This document shows, piece after piece, positions 12,801-25,663 of a stretch of DNA of 64,000 bases (the stretch's first letter is position 1; each line of letters opens with the position of its first letter). The notes beneath the pieces are model-generated. The model did not search any database and was not told where the DNA came from. It saw nothing but the letters and a program-made list of their open reading frames with translations. The stretch is from Phoronis australis (taxonomy: Eukaryota; Animalia; Phoronida): positions 83,632 to 147,631 of the forward strand of contig NMRA01000196.1 of NCBI GenBank assembly GCA_002633005.1. The letters are read 5' to 3'. The position numbers were made by a program, and so were the translations under genes.

Positions 12801-15800
12801 GTATATCGTAGTTCCACTAGCCTCTTGCCTATTTACAATTAGCATAGCGTTTCAGATGGTCATTGCTCCAGTCATCTTCACGTCTTATAACATCTTAGAA
12901 CAACGAGAATGTGTTTCTGGTACACCCACATCAGAGACTTAGATTTTATTATTTTCTGGTGCATGACGAGTGAATCCTTTGTTGATGAAATCTGTGGCCA
13001 ATGGAAACCATGATCACTGAACACGCGAATTGCTGTGCAGAAGCAAATAGGTCTTTAGGAGCCTTAGACCTGTTGGGCTGAAATCAACACGACATCTAGT
13101 GGGATCAAAAAGTGATCAAGGGAGTGATGCACACGAAGCTGTGTCATCTGCCTTGCATTCAGCCAAGGCAATGAGAAGTGTATAGAATGTTTCCTGAAAG
13201 CTAGTGGATGATTCAGTGACTTAGTGGATAGAGTGCTGGAGTGGTAGCTGATTGATTGCAGGCTCAAACCTTCCGATGCACCAGGAAAAATACTATCCAA
13301 GCACCCAACATGTGTGCACCAGATAACCGTACCCTATTTTGCAAATTTTGTAACACCTGAGGATTGCTGGAGAAATGACCTACCAAATGTCGTGCTAAAT
13401 GTAAGTAAGCTAGAGGTTGGTGTAAATAGAGCAATAGAGGTTAGATATGGTGCTAGTACATTCACCATTTCTGCTGTCTTGCAGATGATAGTCTCGACCA
13501 CTAATCATCCATCAGTGCATTTGAAGCCCTGAAATCACCTCAGATTTGACTAACAACTTGATATAAATTTCATAATCAGTTAGTTGTTTGAATTCAAAGT
13601 TGTTTTTTTGAAGAAATGTGGGTTTACCAAATTATTTGTTTTCAAGACTGTAACGTCAATAGTATGTAGCTGTTTAAACTGAAAGCCTATGGTCTGGGGC
13701 GCACTGGCTTTCATGAATTGGCTGTAAATAACTAAAGTGAAGCCAAAATTCCATTTCATTCCATGCAAGCAATTACTTGTCATGGTTTGTCATTCCAGTT
13801 GCTCTGTCATCGAGTTACGCTTCATTTAGTTGTCATGATGGGAATTCAGATCATTTTTATGACTACGTACATACTGTACTTGGATGTGGTTTACTCTGCT
13901 TCCCAATCGCATGAAATGACCGTAGTTGTAGCATTCATGAGATCTTTTTTTCTTTGCATGTTCCAGGAAAGGGTAAGCTTTGTTTTGTCGTAATCATGTC
14001 CACCATTAAACTCAATGTAGATTAATTTTGTGCTTTGTCTGTGTTTGCTGAAGAGATAGTCTTGTAACGGATCGCCTTTTGAAAACGCTCTTGCCATATG
14101 GATGCCAGTGAATCAAAATCTGCAAAACTAATTACTGTACTTCAAGTAAAAAAGCCAGCCCTTCGAGAGTGTTCTTGTGTTCTGAAGATCTATCAAAACT
14201 GTGTCACCTGCATCGTAGCTGTTGGTACTAAGGAGGTATGGGGGGGAAGGGGTGATGGTGGCAAGCAGTCTTGGTTCACTGTCAGCTGCTAGTTACTCTA
14301 GATATTGACTATAACAATAGAAAAGTAACTTCTTAGGAACAGATGGTCATTCATGTTGTATTACAGGGCGTGAAATAATTGCATAGTCCTGAAAAGTTGA
14401 TGAGAATTTTTCATACCAGAAATGAAAATAATTCACGGCAAAGATTTCGGACTAATTTTCAATATTTCACGGTTCTTTTTTCATTTGATTTCCTTGTATG
14501 TCATGGGCATAACTTGGACAAAACCACACAATTTTCTGCCAGAATGCTTAGAAATAGGTGGTTGAAGACTGCTCATCTCTTAAAGTTAACTGTGAGACTT
14601 CAGCACTTTCCTGTCTTAGAAGTTTGCAATTCTATTCTCATGCTGTTAGTACAGCAGTTTCCAAAATAACGTCAAATGCATTTCATCGTATACAAAAAAC
14701 CCCAAAAAATGGCATTGCTGAAATGTGCATGTAATTCTCCACTGATTTCCTGTTTATTTCGTTAATCGCATCAACATAAAGTTGTCAAAACTGGAAGATT
14801 TTCACCAAATCTTTCATCATTTTTGAAAACTGCTGTACTTTGTTTTTAATAACTGGGCTTTTTGTCATGTTTAATTTTAGCTAGTTCTGGACAATTCTTT
14901 TTTGGTTAGGTTTGAATTTTCTAACAAAATTTGTGACTATATTTTCCAAAAAACTGTTAAGAATTAAAAGTTTTCAGGGATTTTTGTAAGGTCGAATGTT
15001 TCTGTTTGAATGCTCATTTCAGTTGCTCGTTGTTCTGAAGAGACTCGGTCAACTATGTCCTCTGCAGTTACAACAGTCCTTCATTTTTATCAGTTCCCAC
15101 ATGTAAATAATAAAATAATGTAGGTTCATTATTCCAGTCATTCGCATCCATTTGTCTGTCTGGCATCCGCCGTCCATTAATGTATAATCCAAAACTCCTC
15201 GATCTTAATGAAATTTTGTTCCTGTGAGACTGCACGAACGGATTTTTGAACTGATCTGACTACCCATGGGGACTCTAGTGGCAATTTTTAGTTTTTAATT
15301 TGCCTCTGTATCGTCGGAATTCCTTGATGGATATTTATGAAATTTGACCAATAGCTATCTATTAAGGAGATGACATTTTCTCATTTTCGGATGGATTTGA
15401 TGCATACTGCACCACCTAGTGGCCATTTATTTCTGCTTCCTAGTTTGACATTCACCTCGCTATTGGCAAAGCCATGCAAAGGATGATTATAAAATTGGTG
15501 TGTTTCTATTGGGAAGAAGAAAACTGATGATGATTTTCAGCTGGCCCCGGCTACTAGGACACCTCCCAGTGGCAGATTTTTTCCATAGTTGACTGTATCA
15601 CATGACCCCCTCGTCCTAATTTAATTTTTTCTATGCATTTCTCTATATCTTCGGAGTTCTTGTCAGATTTTCATGAAATTTAACAAATATGTTTCTAGTA
15701 GGAAGACGGCGCCTCCCTCTTATTTTTGGTTAAATTTAATATTATATTGGACACCATCTAGAGGCCATCTATACTTATGGTGTATGTATTCATACCGGGA

Positions 15801-18081
15801 TTGCATGGCTGACGATTTTTGAATGGGTCCAACTCCTGTGGTGCCCTCTTCTGGCAATTTTATGTGTTTCCTGTGGCTCAATACAAGTTCATTGATGGAT
15901 TTTCTTACAATTTGACATATGTTTTTATTGAGGTGGTTACAACTTAATGGATTTTGAAACAAACCCAGAGATGCCTAGGGGCAATTTGTGTTTTCTATTG
16001 TGTTTGTTGTGATATTTACCAATGAATGAATCAAAGTTCTTTGATGGGTGTTCATCACAGCCAACAACACTGACCCTGTTCCAGATAGATTTGACCTGCA
16101 CCATGTCCCCTAGTTACATTTCTATCATTCTTTCTGTATCCTTTGTTGTCTTCCTCCCTATCCCCAAAACTTCTTGAAGATTCATGATTTAATTTAGCAG
16201 ACTGAGGAGAGCATTAATTTGCACCACCGAGAGGCTATTGTAAGGTTTAACTGTCATTGCTGTGTTTAGTGGGAATGTTTAAAATAATGATCATCTCTTG
16301 GTTCTGCACTGTATGTGATACACACCGTGGGTGCATAACGTTACATGGTTTTGTTCTTTATTCTTTGCACAGTGCCTTTGTCTAATTCTTGATTTAACCA
16401 CTATATGCTCTTTGAAATTGTGTACTGTTTGCTGGCAGAATCTTTGTTATGTTGCTCGTTGACTATTAAACATTGCTTTTGTTGAGTTATAGATGGCACT
16501 ACAATACTACAAGCTCGATTAATTTTAAGTTTATATGATGTTAATTTAACAATTTCTGGGATTCGTGGGAGTTGTTTCAACATGTCATTCATTGTTTTAG
16601 CCTGAATCGTTGGCTGAGCTGACTGTGGAGCCCGTTTATGATGATGTGGAAATAGAACAGACAGAAGGTCAGAGTGATGCCTTTGCTGTAAGTCTTATTG
16701 AAGCTGGTTTTTTGTGTGCCTCACTCATCTTGAATCTAACAAACATGCTCAATACTTTAATAATCTTTTTATGAGCCAACATAATGGTTGCATATGTTGC
16801 TATGTGGGCATATATTGCTGTCATATCTCTCTGGGTGTCTCTGGTGAACCCTTTGTAGGATTTTCATGAAGCCATTTTGGCATTTACCTCTCATTTTGGC
16901 GGAATTGTATAACATTTGAGAAGTAGGTTTCTTTTGAGGTGAGTGTCATACATTCCTCAAGAAAATTTTTGTCATCCGTGTCTATCTGTCCAACCACTCA
17001 AAGTATAACTGTCAGATTTAGCAGAGCATGACCAATATGGATTTTCAAACTACAGCATTGTCCTCTAGTGGTAACTTTTTTGTTTTGGTCTCGGTATTCA
17101 GGACTTGATGCATCTTAATGAAATTTGGTAGTACTTTTGTTCCTATTGAGGAAAGTATGTGTTTCTGTCTGCCAAGATCTTTGGACTTTCGTAAAATTGA
17201 ACGTGAAGAGAGCTTAGTGGACATTGGTTTCAGTATTATCCTGACTGCCTTGGCATCACATTGTGTCATTATTGGGTTTCTTTCAGTATACCTCAATTTC
17301 TACCAAGTTGGTAGTTCCTCATGAAATTTGGCAAATGAGTTTCAACAAAAGAAACGGTGACACCTGTGTAGTTTCAAATGGACCTTTTTGCACCCTGTAG
17401 TGGCCAATTTTATTAATATTTCCATATCCATAGTTTGGCATCTGCCCCGTACCCAGAAACTACTTCAAAAGGATCATAGAAGTTGGCAAATGTGTTCCTA
17501 TTGGAATGAGCTTGACCGTCATTAATATTTGGACAGCTCTACTGGTTTGACCCTGGTGGCAATTTTAGATGTTTTGCATCTGCCCCAACATCTTCTTCAT
17601 GGATGTTCTTGGAATATTGCATACTTGTTCCTATTGAGGAAAGCATGCCTGGACAGATCTGACTATGGTGGTGCACCCTAATGACATGTTGTCGATGCCT
17701 CTGCCTAATGTTAATGTACTTACTGCAAACATAGCCTTTATTGAAATGGCTCAAATTAGTCTTTAGAGGTGTCCTTGCTATTGTAAATATTTGCATTGTC
17801 TTTTAAGCTATGTCTGTGTTTCTAATCATTATAAAGTATCTGTTTGTTATGAAGTACTTTAAAAATTTTGTAAACAATTTAATTCTAAGTGCTTTGTATT
17901 CACTCTGTTGCTAAATTGGATTATTGTACACCTAAACGTTGTTATTTTGCAGGCGTACTTTGCAGATGGTGACAAGCAGAAGGATAGAGATCCTGTGTAT
18001 TCAGAAGAGTTGGGACTCGCCATAGAGAAACTGAAAGACGGGTTCACACTGAGTGGATTGTGGGAAGTGATGTCTCAATAG
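3869..18081 (+). CDS. BBS5: Bardet-Biedl syndrome 5 protein (BBSome subunit), spliced; first coding exon not in window
   Basis: Nine AG/GT-bounded, phase-compatible exons: 3869-4017 ([41 protein letters not shown]..), 5917-5966, 6741-6868 ([35 protein letters not shown]), 8758-8893 ([45 protein letters not shown]), 10035-10130 ([15 protein letters not shown]), 10763-10825, 11962-12096 ([18 protein letters not shown]), 16601-16687, 17953-18081 ([42 protein letters not shown]). The peptides closely match BBS5 as I recall it. Confidence 0.97.
4199..5688. mobile_element. Non-autonomous TTAA-flanked (Kolobok-like) element in a BBS5 intron
   Basis: TTAA|AAGGGAACTGTA...TACTGTGCCCTT|TTAA. Homologous over most of its length to 56853-58843. 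Confidence 0.75.
10864..11078. mobile_element. MITE in a BBS5 intron
   Basis: Imperfect ~40-bp TIRs: CAGC..TTGCTTTCATTAAGGAAGGCACTTCGAAGTGCT / AGCACTTCGAAGCGCTTTCCTTATTGAATGCAAGGCTG. Confidence 0.6.
12457..12606 (+). repeat. Minisatellite of roughly 35-40 bp, ~4 copies
   Basis: TTCTTGTACC.TATGTACTCTGGGTATAA(A)CC is repeated. Confidence 0.8.
12720..13520 (-). mobile_element. Possible highly decayed LINE reverse-transcriptase fragment
   Basis: The minus strand gives VISP..KFAK*GTVIW, resembling RT GS.ISP..FADD.TIW. There are many stops. Confidence 0.25.
15125..16340 (+). mobile_element. Old degenerate copy of the same HINE/satellite family (BBS5 intron)
   Basis: Degenerate GTCC tract, repeated ..CTAGTGGC(A/C)ATTT and ATGAAATTT motifs, and a 3' GTGGGTGCAT. 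Confidence 0.55.
16765..17700 (+). mobile_element. Old degenerate copy of the same HINE/satellite family (last BBS5 intron)
   Basis: TTTTTATGAGCCAACATA...TATGTGGGCAT start, followed by degenerate subunits with CTAGTGG/ATGAAATTTGG. Confidence 0.5.
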
Positions 18082-18744
18082 CAGCATGTCCTCTCAAATA
18101 CTAAACAAAGGGCTCCTTGTGGGAAGTTATTGTTGAATCTTAGGATTCCCAAGCAGTGTCACTCAAAGTTGAGGCTGTCACATGACCTTGTACATGTACC
18201 ATGATTACTTATCATTCCGTTAATGGAACACAGTTAACAATGGGATGGAAGTTGGGAATTTCCTGTTTGATAACTATTTTCGCCATGGTGACTTGCAGCA
18301 GTGTCAATCACAGCAGATTACTTCGCAATATTTAACTCAGGTGTGCGTTCCATGATCATTGAGGATTGGATAGTGTCAAGTATAACCACACATAATATTC
18401 AACACACTTTTCTGGCTAAATCACTTGTTTATGATTTACTTCAAGCTATAGCATGTACACTCAAGCCTACCGCCCTGATGTGATGTTGCCATGGTTTGAT
18501 ACTGTCATCTCGCTAAGTGGCACTGTGATTCGACTTAGCTTCTTGCATGAATATTGTTGTTTTTGTGCAGTTCAAAGAATTACCATACATGTAGATATGA
18601 ACAAATCCATATCTGATATGGGATAGTGTTCCGTTAATGTGTATAGTCAGGTAAATATCTGAATAAGTGAGGATACACATGTCATGTATTTGTTATTTAT
18701 CAAACTATTTCGCATTGTACATAAAGTAAGAACAGTTGCAACAA

Positions 18745-20721
18745 TTTTTATGCGCCCACATATTTATATGTGGACGCATTATGCCGTCATCTCTGTCCGT
18801 CCGTCCGTCCGTCCGGGCGGCGTCCGTCCGGCGTCCGCTGCTCTATCTCCAAAACCCTTTGACATACGTTCATGAAATTTGGCACATATGTTCCATTTAT
18901 GAATGGGACGGCATGTGCGAACTTTCGGACGGATCCGACTACCGGTGTGCCCCCTAGTGGCAATTTTAGTTTTTTACGCTTACCTTTGTATCTTCAAGTC
19001 CTGAACGGATTTTCATGAAATTTGGTATGTAGGCACCTAGTAGTGAGATGACGCTATCCTGCCGTTTTCGGATGGATTCGACATAGTTTGCGCCACCTAG
19101 TGGCCATTTTTACTGTTTTCGAGTCTGTTTTTGTGCTTCCACCCCTCTATCAACCAAACCGCTCAAAGGATGATTGTGAAAATTGGCATGTATGTGCTTA
19201 CTATGTAGAGGACGGTTGACGATGATTTTCCGACGATTTCGACTACTGTGGCGCCTCCTAGTGGCAGTTTTGTTTTTTTTGCGCCTATGGCTGTATCTCC
19301 TAAACCGTTCGCAGGATCTTTACGAAATTGTGTAAGTATATTTATATGATGTTAACAACGGAAGATGACGACTTTTGGACGGATCCGACTACCGGTGTGC
19401 CCCCTAGTGGCAATTTTAATTTTTTTACGCTTACCTTTGTATCTTCACAAGTCCTTATTGGATTTTCATGAAATTTGGTATGTAGGCACCTATTAGTGAG
19501 ATGACGCTATCCTCCCGTTTTCAGATGGATTCGACATAGTTTGCGCCACCTAGTGGCCATTTTTAGTGTTTTCGAGTCTGTTTTTGTGCGTCCACCCCTC
19601 TATCAACCAAACCGATCAAAGGATGATTGTGAAAATTGGCATGTATATGCTTACTATGTAGAGGATGGTTGACGATGATTTTCCGACGATTTCGACTACT
19701 GTGGCGCCTCCTAGTGGCAGTTTTGTTTTTTTGCGCCTATGGCTGTATCTCCTAAACCGTTCGCAGGATCTTTACAAATTGTGTAAGTATATTTATATGA
19801 TGTTAACAACGGAAGATGACGACTTTTGGTCGGATCCGACTACCGGTGTGCCCCCTAGTGGCAATTTTAGTTTTTTACGCTTACCTTTGTATCTTCAAAA
19901 GTATTGAACGGATTTTCATGAAATTTGGTATGTAGGCACCTATTAGTGAGATGACGCTATCCTACTGTTTTCAGATGGATTCGACGTAGTTTGCGCCACC
20001 TAGTGGCCATTTTTACTGTTTTCGAGTCTGTATTTTTGCGTCCACCCCTCTATCAACCAAACCGCTCAAAGGATGATTGTGAAAATTGGCGTGTATGTGC
20101 TTACTATAAGGAAGACAGCTGACAATGATTTTCAGACGATTTGGACTACTGTGGCGCCTCCTAGTGGCAGTTTTGTTTTTTTGCGCCCATGGCTGTATCT
20201 CCCAAACCGTTTGCAGGATCTTTACTAAATTTAGCAAGTGTATTTATGTGATGTTGACAACGGACGATGACGACTTTAGGATGATTCTGATTACCGGTAT
20301 GCCTCTAGTGGCAATTTTAGTATTTGCCTCTAGTGGCAATTTTAGTATTTTACATTGACCTCTGTATTTTCATAGGTCTTCAGGTGTATACTTTGTGTTA
20401 CTTCGTGACTGTGAAGGAAAAGTTCCAAGTAGAAATTTGTTTCTGGCATTCTAATGCTGTGCTAATCTCGTATGTTGGTAAATTTGTTTTTAATTCTATG
20501 TTTCTGTGGTGCTTTAAGCAACTGGTGTATAGGATGTGCTTGTATTATGAAGATTACTCACATTTTGCCCCTAGCCTATTGAGGAGACAATGACCATGCC
20601 TTTCCATTTTGCAAAGTATGCCCTCTACTGGCCACTTTATGGTACCAATAAACAACCCTAGAAGGATACCGTATGTGGTGCAATTGTGGGCGCATTTCAA
20701 CGCTCCGCGTTGCTCTTGTTT
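18745..20721 (+). mobile_element. Helentron-associated non-autonomous element (HINE/DINE-1-like) with internal satellite
   Basis: 5' T-run, subTIR ATGCGCCCACA with a nearby inverted partner (TGTGGACGCAT), (GTCC)n microsatellite, central tandem array, 3' subTIR TGTGGGCGCAT (20685-20695), hairpin CAACGC-TCC-GCGTTG (20698-20712) and a T-rich end. Confidence 0.8.
18870..20350 (+). repeat. ~450-bp tandem repeat (about 3 copies) built from three diverged ~150-bp subunits
   Basis: GGATCCGACTACCGGTGTGCCCCCTAGTGG recurs at 18931, 19381 and 19832. Each subunit contains a GCC(C/A/T)CCTAGTGGC motif. Confidence 0.92.
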
Positions 20722-21194
20722 GTGTTTTAGCCAACAAACGTGAGGTAAATTACTATATTTTTTCCTAATAACCACCCAGGCACTGGGAAATTTGTTCCAT
20801 GTTGGTACTTTAAATTTTTTGTCAATCCACATGAATGCACTTCTCCTAATTTGTCACTAACAGTAGGTTTGACAAATTTCATAAGCAAAGAGACTAAGCA
20901 GATGCTTTTAGTTCAAAAATGCAAACGATTGCTTAATAGGAAACATTCTACATGCAACTCTTAACTGTTGTGAGAGCTTGGCTCATTTTCTAATTCTGGT
21001 GTTCAAATTGGTTCCCAATTTACAGCCAATCCTAACAAAATGTCTTTCATTCATGGTCATTTTGAAGTGGAGGTTTTTTGTGTGGATTGTTTGTAAATTA
21101 GTGGACATTTGATGGCAAGATGTTCACAAAGAATTCATAAAAATGATTGGAAATATTGCACTGCATTAATTTCATACACAATTGCAGAACCCTT

Positions 21195-21370
21195 GCCACC
21201 AACTACCCTGTTGCAGTTCAGCTGAACATTGGCCACCAACTACCCTGTTGCCGTCCAGCTGAACACTGGCCACCAACTACCCTGTTGCCATCCAAATGAA
21301 TCCTGGCCACCAACTACCCTATTGCAGTCCAGCTGAACCCTGACCACCAACTATCCTATTGCCATCCAGC
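21195..21370 (+). repeat. 37-bp minisatellite, ~4.7 copies
   Basis: Unit GCCACCAACTACCCTGTTGCAGTTCAGCTGAACATTG, starting at 21195, 21232 and onward. Confidence 0.9.
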
Positions 21371-22261
21371 AACAAAGAGTATTTCAAGATGTTGCTATAT
21401 TTATCTGAAAATGGCTTTTAGGGGATACGGTCTGTTTTTCCTACAATATGTTAAGTACCAGTAAAAGCTACTGTTAAGACCAGTCTAGGAACAATTGTAT
21501 ACTCCAGTATGAAGTTAGCTGAAAGTAGCAGACTACCATTTGTTCCTTATTTTGATTATCCGTCCAAAATGTGAGGTCAGAAATGTACATGTAGTCATTG
21601 TTGGCCTGGTGCCTATTTGTGTTAATTACTTGTACATCTTATTTATTCTGTAAATAATAAATGAAATGTTTTGTTTAGTTGTAAGGGAGTATTTTTAACA
21701 CATTTTTGGATTGCCTTGTGGACCCTTCTCACAGACTGCCTTAGCTTTCTGTTTCTATAGACATTGGAAGCAGTAGTGGTTCCTACTGTGAACAGGCTGC
21801 TTTTCTCACAAACCTTAGTTCTGTTCACTTTCTGAGAGGAGGCCTGGATTGGTACATGTCATGCGAGATACAATGCACATCATGTCCAGTACATTGCATC
21901 CATTTGTATACTGGTAACCAGCTTTATGGGAAATGACGAGATGATAATAGAACAGCATTTACCTGCAGGTGGAGAGAAAAGCAGTTTCAGAGAAAGCAAT
22001 AATGTTGTACATGTACTTTCCAGGAAAGAACAGTCAACCGCGCTTTCAATGCTTGATATTGTATTCCACATAAAAGTAAGTGTAAAACTCGTACCATAGT
22101 TCGCGTGGGGTTCGAACCCAATGGTGGACGTGAGTTCTCCGTTTTTGTGGTTTTGCCAGTTTTGATCGAGTTGATAGTGTGTCCAGCTGTGTACACTGCA
22201 ATAACTTCTTGGAGCAAAAAGTAAACACTTGTCAGTCATCGCTTAAAAGTCAAACTCACTG

Positions 22262-22542
22262 CAGGTGGCGGATCTACGGAGGGGGTTCAGGGGGTTTAAC
22301 CCCCCCCCCCGGCCTTGGGCCAGGACCCAAAAATAAAAAAAAAAAACNNNNNNNNNNNNNNNNNNNNNNNGGGGGGGGGGGTTCAATCTGAAAATATATT
22401 TTTTGCATTGTGAATTGCTGTTATGAAAATCAACGCGTTTCGAGTCTTCGTGGCTCATTGGCAAAAGCCCGGAGATCAATTGTGCGCGCGCTTCCGTCGA
22501 CACTTCTGAAGTAGCCAAGCATTTTAGATGGATCCACCGCTG
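22262..22542. mobile_element. Short MITE (CAG..GGCGGATC termini) spanning an assembly gap
   Basis: CAGGTGGCGGATCT... / ...GGATCCACCGCTG. A related terminus (AGATCCGCCACTG) lies at ~26542-26554. Confidence 0.5.
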
Positions 22543-24594
22543 AAAGAGCAGCTCTATAGCTGATTTCTTTAGGTAACTAGCTTCTTTAGTGTAAGGTATG
22601 TTTTGGTTTGATTAGGGGAAATACTGTGGTGCCGCAACTCCGATATTCAGGCGAATTGACGTGCAACGTTTTTACCTCATCTGTCATGCCGTGTCATCCT
22701 ATTACACCCCACACGTTTGTAACTCGAATTTGACTGGTGTAAAGTAAAGTTGTCTTGCGCAATATCATACAGTGTACATGTACATGTAACACTTTTGAAA
22801 AAACTCGTTTTCCGAAGAATTGTGGCGGGCGCCGTGGTCTGCCGGTGGTCGCGAGTCTGTTTGAAGATGCACTCTAACAATCTCTCTAAATATCTATACA
22901 AGGAATGACCGAGGTGGCACTCACATTGAGAAAGTGACCGCATTCGCGAACAGTGTACAGTACCAGAAATTGCTGGGAGGCTGCATTTCCACAACAAAGT
23001 CTTGCGAGGCTCCTGCGATGTTCAATGGCCCCCCTAAGGAGCCCTAGTGCCGACCTCAACACCCACCGTCTTTCTACCTGCAATAAGCACCACTGCCGTT
23101 TTCTATACCGTGAATTTCCGCAGAAAGGCCCACCCGACGAAACGCCCATGCCCATGGGCATTTATTTGATGTTAAGTACTTCGGGTTTCAAGCGTTCAGA
23201 CATTGGAACGTTTATTTCGAAAATTGCAAGAGATGTAAATGGGTCCTGGGATACATTGTCAAGGTTTGAAGTAGTCCATGATGAACGGATCAAATTTAGT
23301 TGCGCAAGCTGTAAGTTTTTTGAATGGACTTGGTAACCTCAGGGGGCTTAGTGCCAACTGAGTTGCGAAAGGAGATGCTGACATTGTGGAGACGTACAAG
23401 TTCATTTACACAGCAGTTGAAGTGCAAGCGTTGAGAACAAACGTGGAAGATGTCTGGGTAGAATGGTTCCAAGAGCAGCAAACCATTGGATCCGATGTAC
23501 ACATTCCTCGGCAGTCAACCGAAAGATAGGATCAATATTCCTGGAGAAACACCCAGTTAATAAGTTATAATTATACACAGTTTGTAATAATGTCGGTTTT
23601 TTATGCTTGGGTACAATGAAAACGAAATAGAAATTATTTTTGGACATGCCAAATTTACGAGCGCACAGTTAAATCTGTTCTCAATACTTGTTTCTTAGTC
23701 TAGTTAATACTACAGAACGGTGCAAAAACCCTTCCTAGACAGCTATCGCAGCAGTTGACCACCAGATATGTAAACTACACGTATGAGCAACCACTGGGGA
23801 TTAAAAGAAGTCTAGAGAGAAGTTTTTAATTCAAAGTTTTTTGCGAAGTACGCTTTAGGTCTCGCGACGGACCAGGCCTGCTTGATTTGTGTAGATATTG
23901 AGTTTTAGTGTACTTCTGGTCCCTCGGTGAACTAGTCTTGTGTTGTTTTTTACCAAAGTGTGCTTTGTAAATGTATTTATCTCGGCCAGTACTGTTTGGT
24001 CCCGCGGCAGATCGACTATTTTTATAGGGATAATAAGCACAGGTGTACTTTTGGTCTCGTGACTGACCAGGCCAGAGTTTTTGTGTACTCTCAGTATACA
24101 TCTGGTCCCTCTGCAAACTGCTTCTGTATATCTTTTCACCACGGTGTAGGCCTACAGAGTGCTTTGGTTTCGTGAAACTGTTTTCAGATGATTTGTTTCC
24201 TGATACATTTGACGTTTTTCAATTGTTGTCAACATGATTCAGCTTAAAGGCGAAGGCAACCTTTTTCCATGTCATTTTGAGCCAAAATAAGATGGGTTGG
24301 TTATCCTAGACATATTTTCCACTTAATTGCAGCTTTTCGTAATTTTATTAATTACTCGTCCGCTACTCCAGAAGTGACGTTTTAGGAGGCAAGCGTTTCC
24401 CGCCACTTGGTTTTGCGTTGACTTTACCGTGCGAATCTGTTCTATTCTACTTTTGTTTTGTGCTGTTTTTCAACAATTGTCGCCACCACTTTCCATCGGC
24501 GAGTATTCTGCGGCAAGATAGGTTAGTAGAGAACTCAACTACGTTGGACTTAGTGATTGTTTAGTGTGTTGTAAGCTGAAAATGCCTGGAGTAG

Positions 24595-24880
24595 GTGACC
24601 CGTATCCAGTACAGTGACAGTAGTGTGAGTCATGGAGACCTTGTTCACAGCAGTGGTGACGAGGAATTTTTTCACGGACATTCAGTGGGTGGGTACATGT
24701 TTGAGCCCGAGTATAACGAGGCAGAGTATGCACAGGCACAGGCAGCTGTTGAGAGAAACGAGGCGGCTACTGAGGACAGACGTGGTGACACATCTTGGTG
24801 CAAATGCACTGTGTGCGTTGTTATGCCTACCTCAATGGAATGCTTGTGCTGTTCAGAGATCGACGAGGCCAAGCCACTAG
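24595..24880 (+). pseudogene. KolX-like / P2X7 ballast-domain-like Cys-rich protein, N-terminal fragment
   Basis: GYMFEPEY...RRGDTSWCKCTVCVVMPTSMECLCCSEI fits the Y.FEP...WC.C..C..M.T..E..CC.E pattern of the Kolobok accessory protein KolX. It is truncated by the internal deletion. Confidence 0.75.
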
Positions 24881-25157
24881 GCCTACTGGACATGGTTAAC
24901 TGGGCCTCCGGCATACCACGGACAGAGGAACAACTGTCCCACTTGCCAGATTGTCCCACGACACACTCCCACTGAATGGTGACCTGAGCACCCAAACTGC
25001 TTACATCGTGTCGTGTGACTCCATCGCCACACACCTGGCACCTTCGAAATAGACAAGTCCACAATAAACTTATCAAAGTTTGGCTCACCGATCTGTTCAC
25101 TGAACGACAAACTGTCCTCTTCACTGGGTGTCGAACTGGGCCTGTAATCACTCCCCG

Positions 25158-25663
25158 CTACTCAATATCGCTGCAGGACTGGTTAGAGGCTGGGCTGGAG
25201 AAAACAGCACAGGGCGAATCACTACTGGTTCCACGAATTGCACGTTCGGAGGCACGGGTGACAGTAGATAAAGTGCCTCCACTGGCTCCAGTCACTGTAC
25301 AGGCCACAGCTCGCGAGGCTTCTCGCTTCAAAAACGCATTTCTCGGGGGTGGCGACGGGGCACTGTCGGGAATCAACACAGACGGAATGGCATCCTTCTT
25401 CAGGCGTTGTTTCGCAGGGACCTTCATCAGTTCATCGTACAAATCCCTTTCGTAACCGGAGGGCAGAAAGTGCTTGCCGCACACACGGTAATTCTCCACT
25501 GCTTTGTACGTTGCGTGGACGGGTGACGCTGCGTTCAGTTCTTCACACGAACGAGCCAAGTACGGCGAAGTGTGTCATCCATCGGAAAGCGATGCAAAGG
25601 TACTCCCAAATCGCGCGTGAGCCAATAATTAGTACATTCCGGTACGCAGCAACAGTGTGGCAT
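25158..25663 (-). pseudogene. THAP zinc-finger N-terminus of Kolobok transposase, frameshifted
   Basis: ATG at 25663: MPHCCCVPECTNYWLTRDLGVPLHRFPMDDTLRRTWLVRVK, then a frameshift into ENYRVCGKHFLPSGYERDLY..RLKKDAIPSVL. Together these give the C2CH THAP motif with conserved P, W and F and an AVP-like motif. Confidence 0.85.

Noticed and set aside
23826-24180. Overlapping ORFs with repeated RDQ/GTR peptides
   Set aside because: Explained by a degenerate ~55-80-bp TGGTC(C/T)C repeat; no coding evidence.
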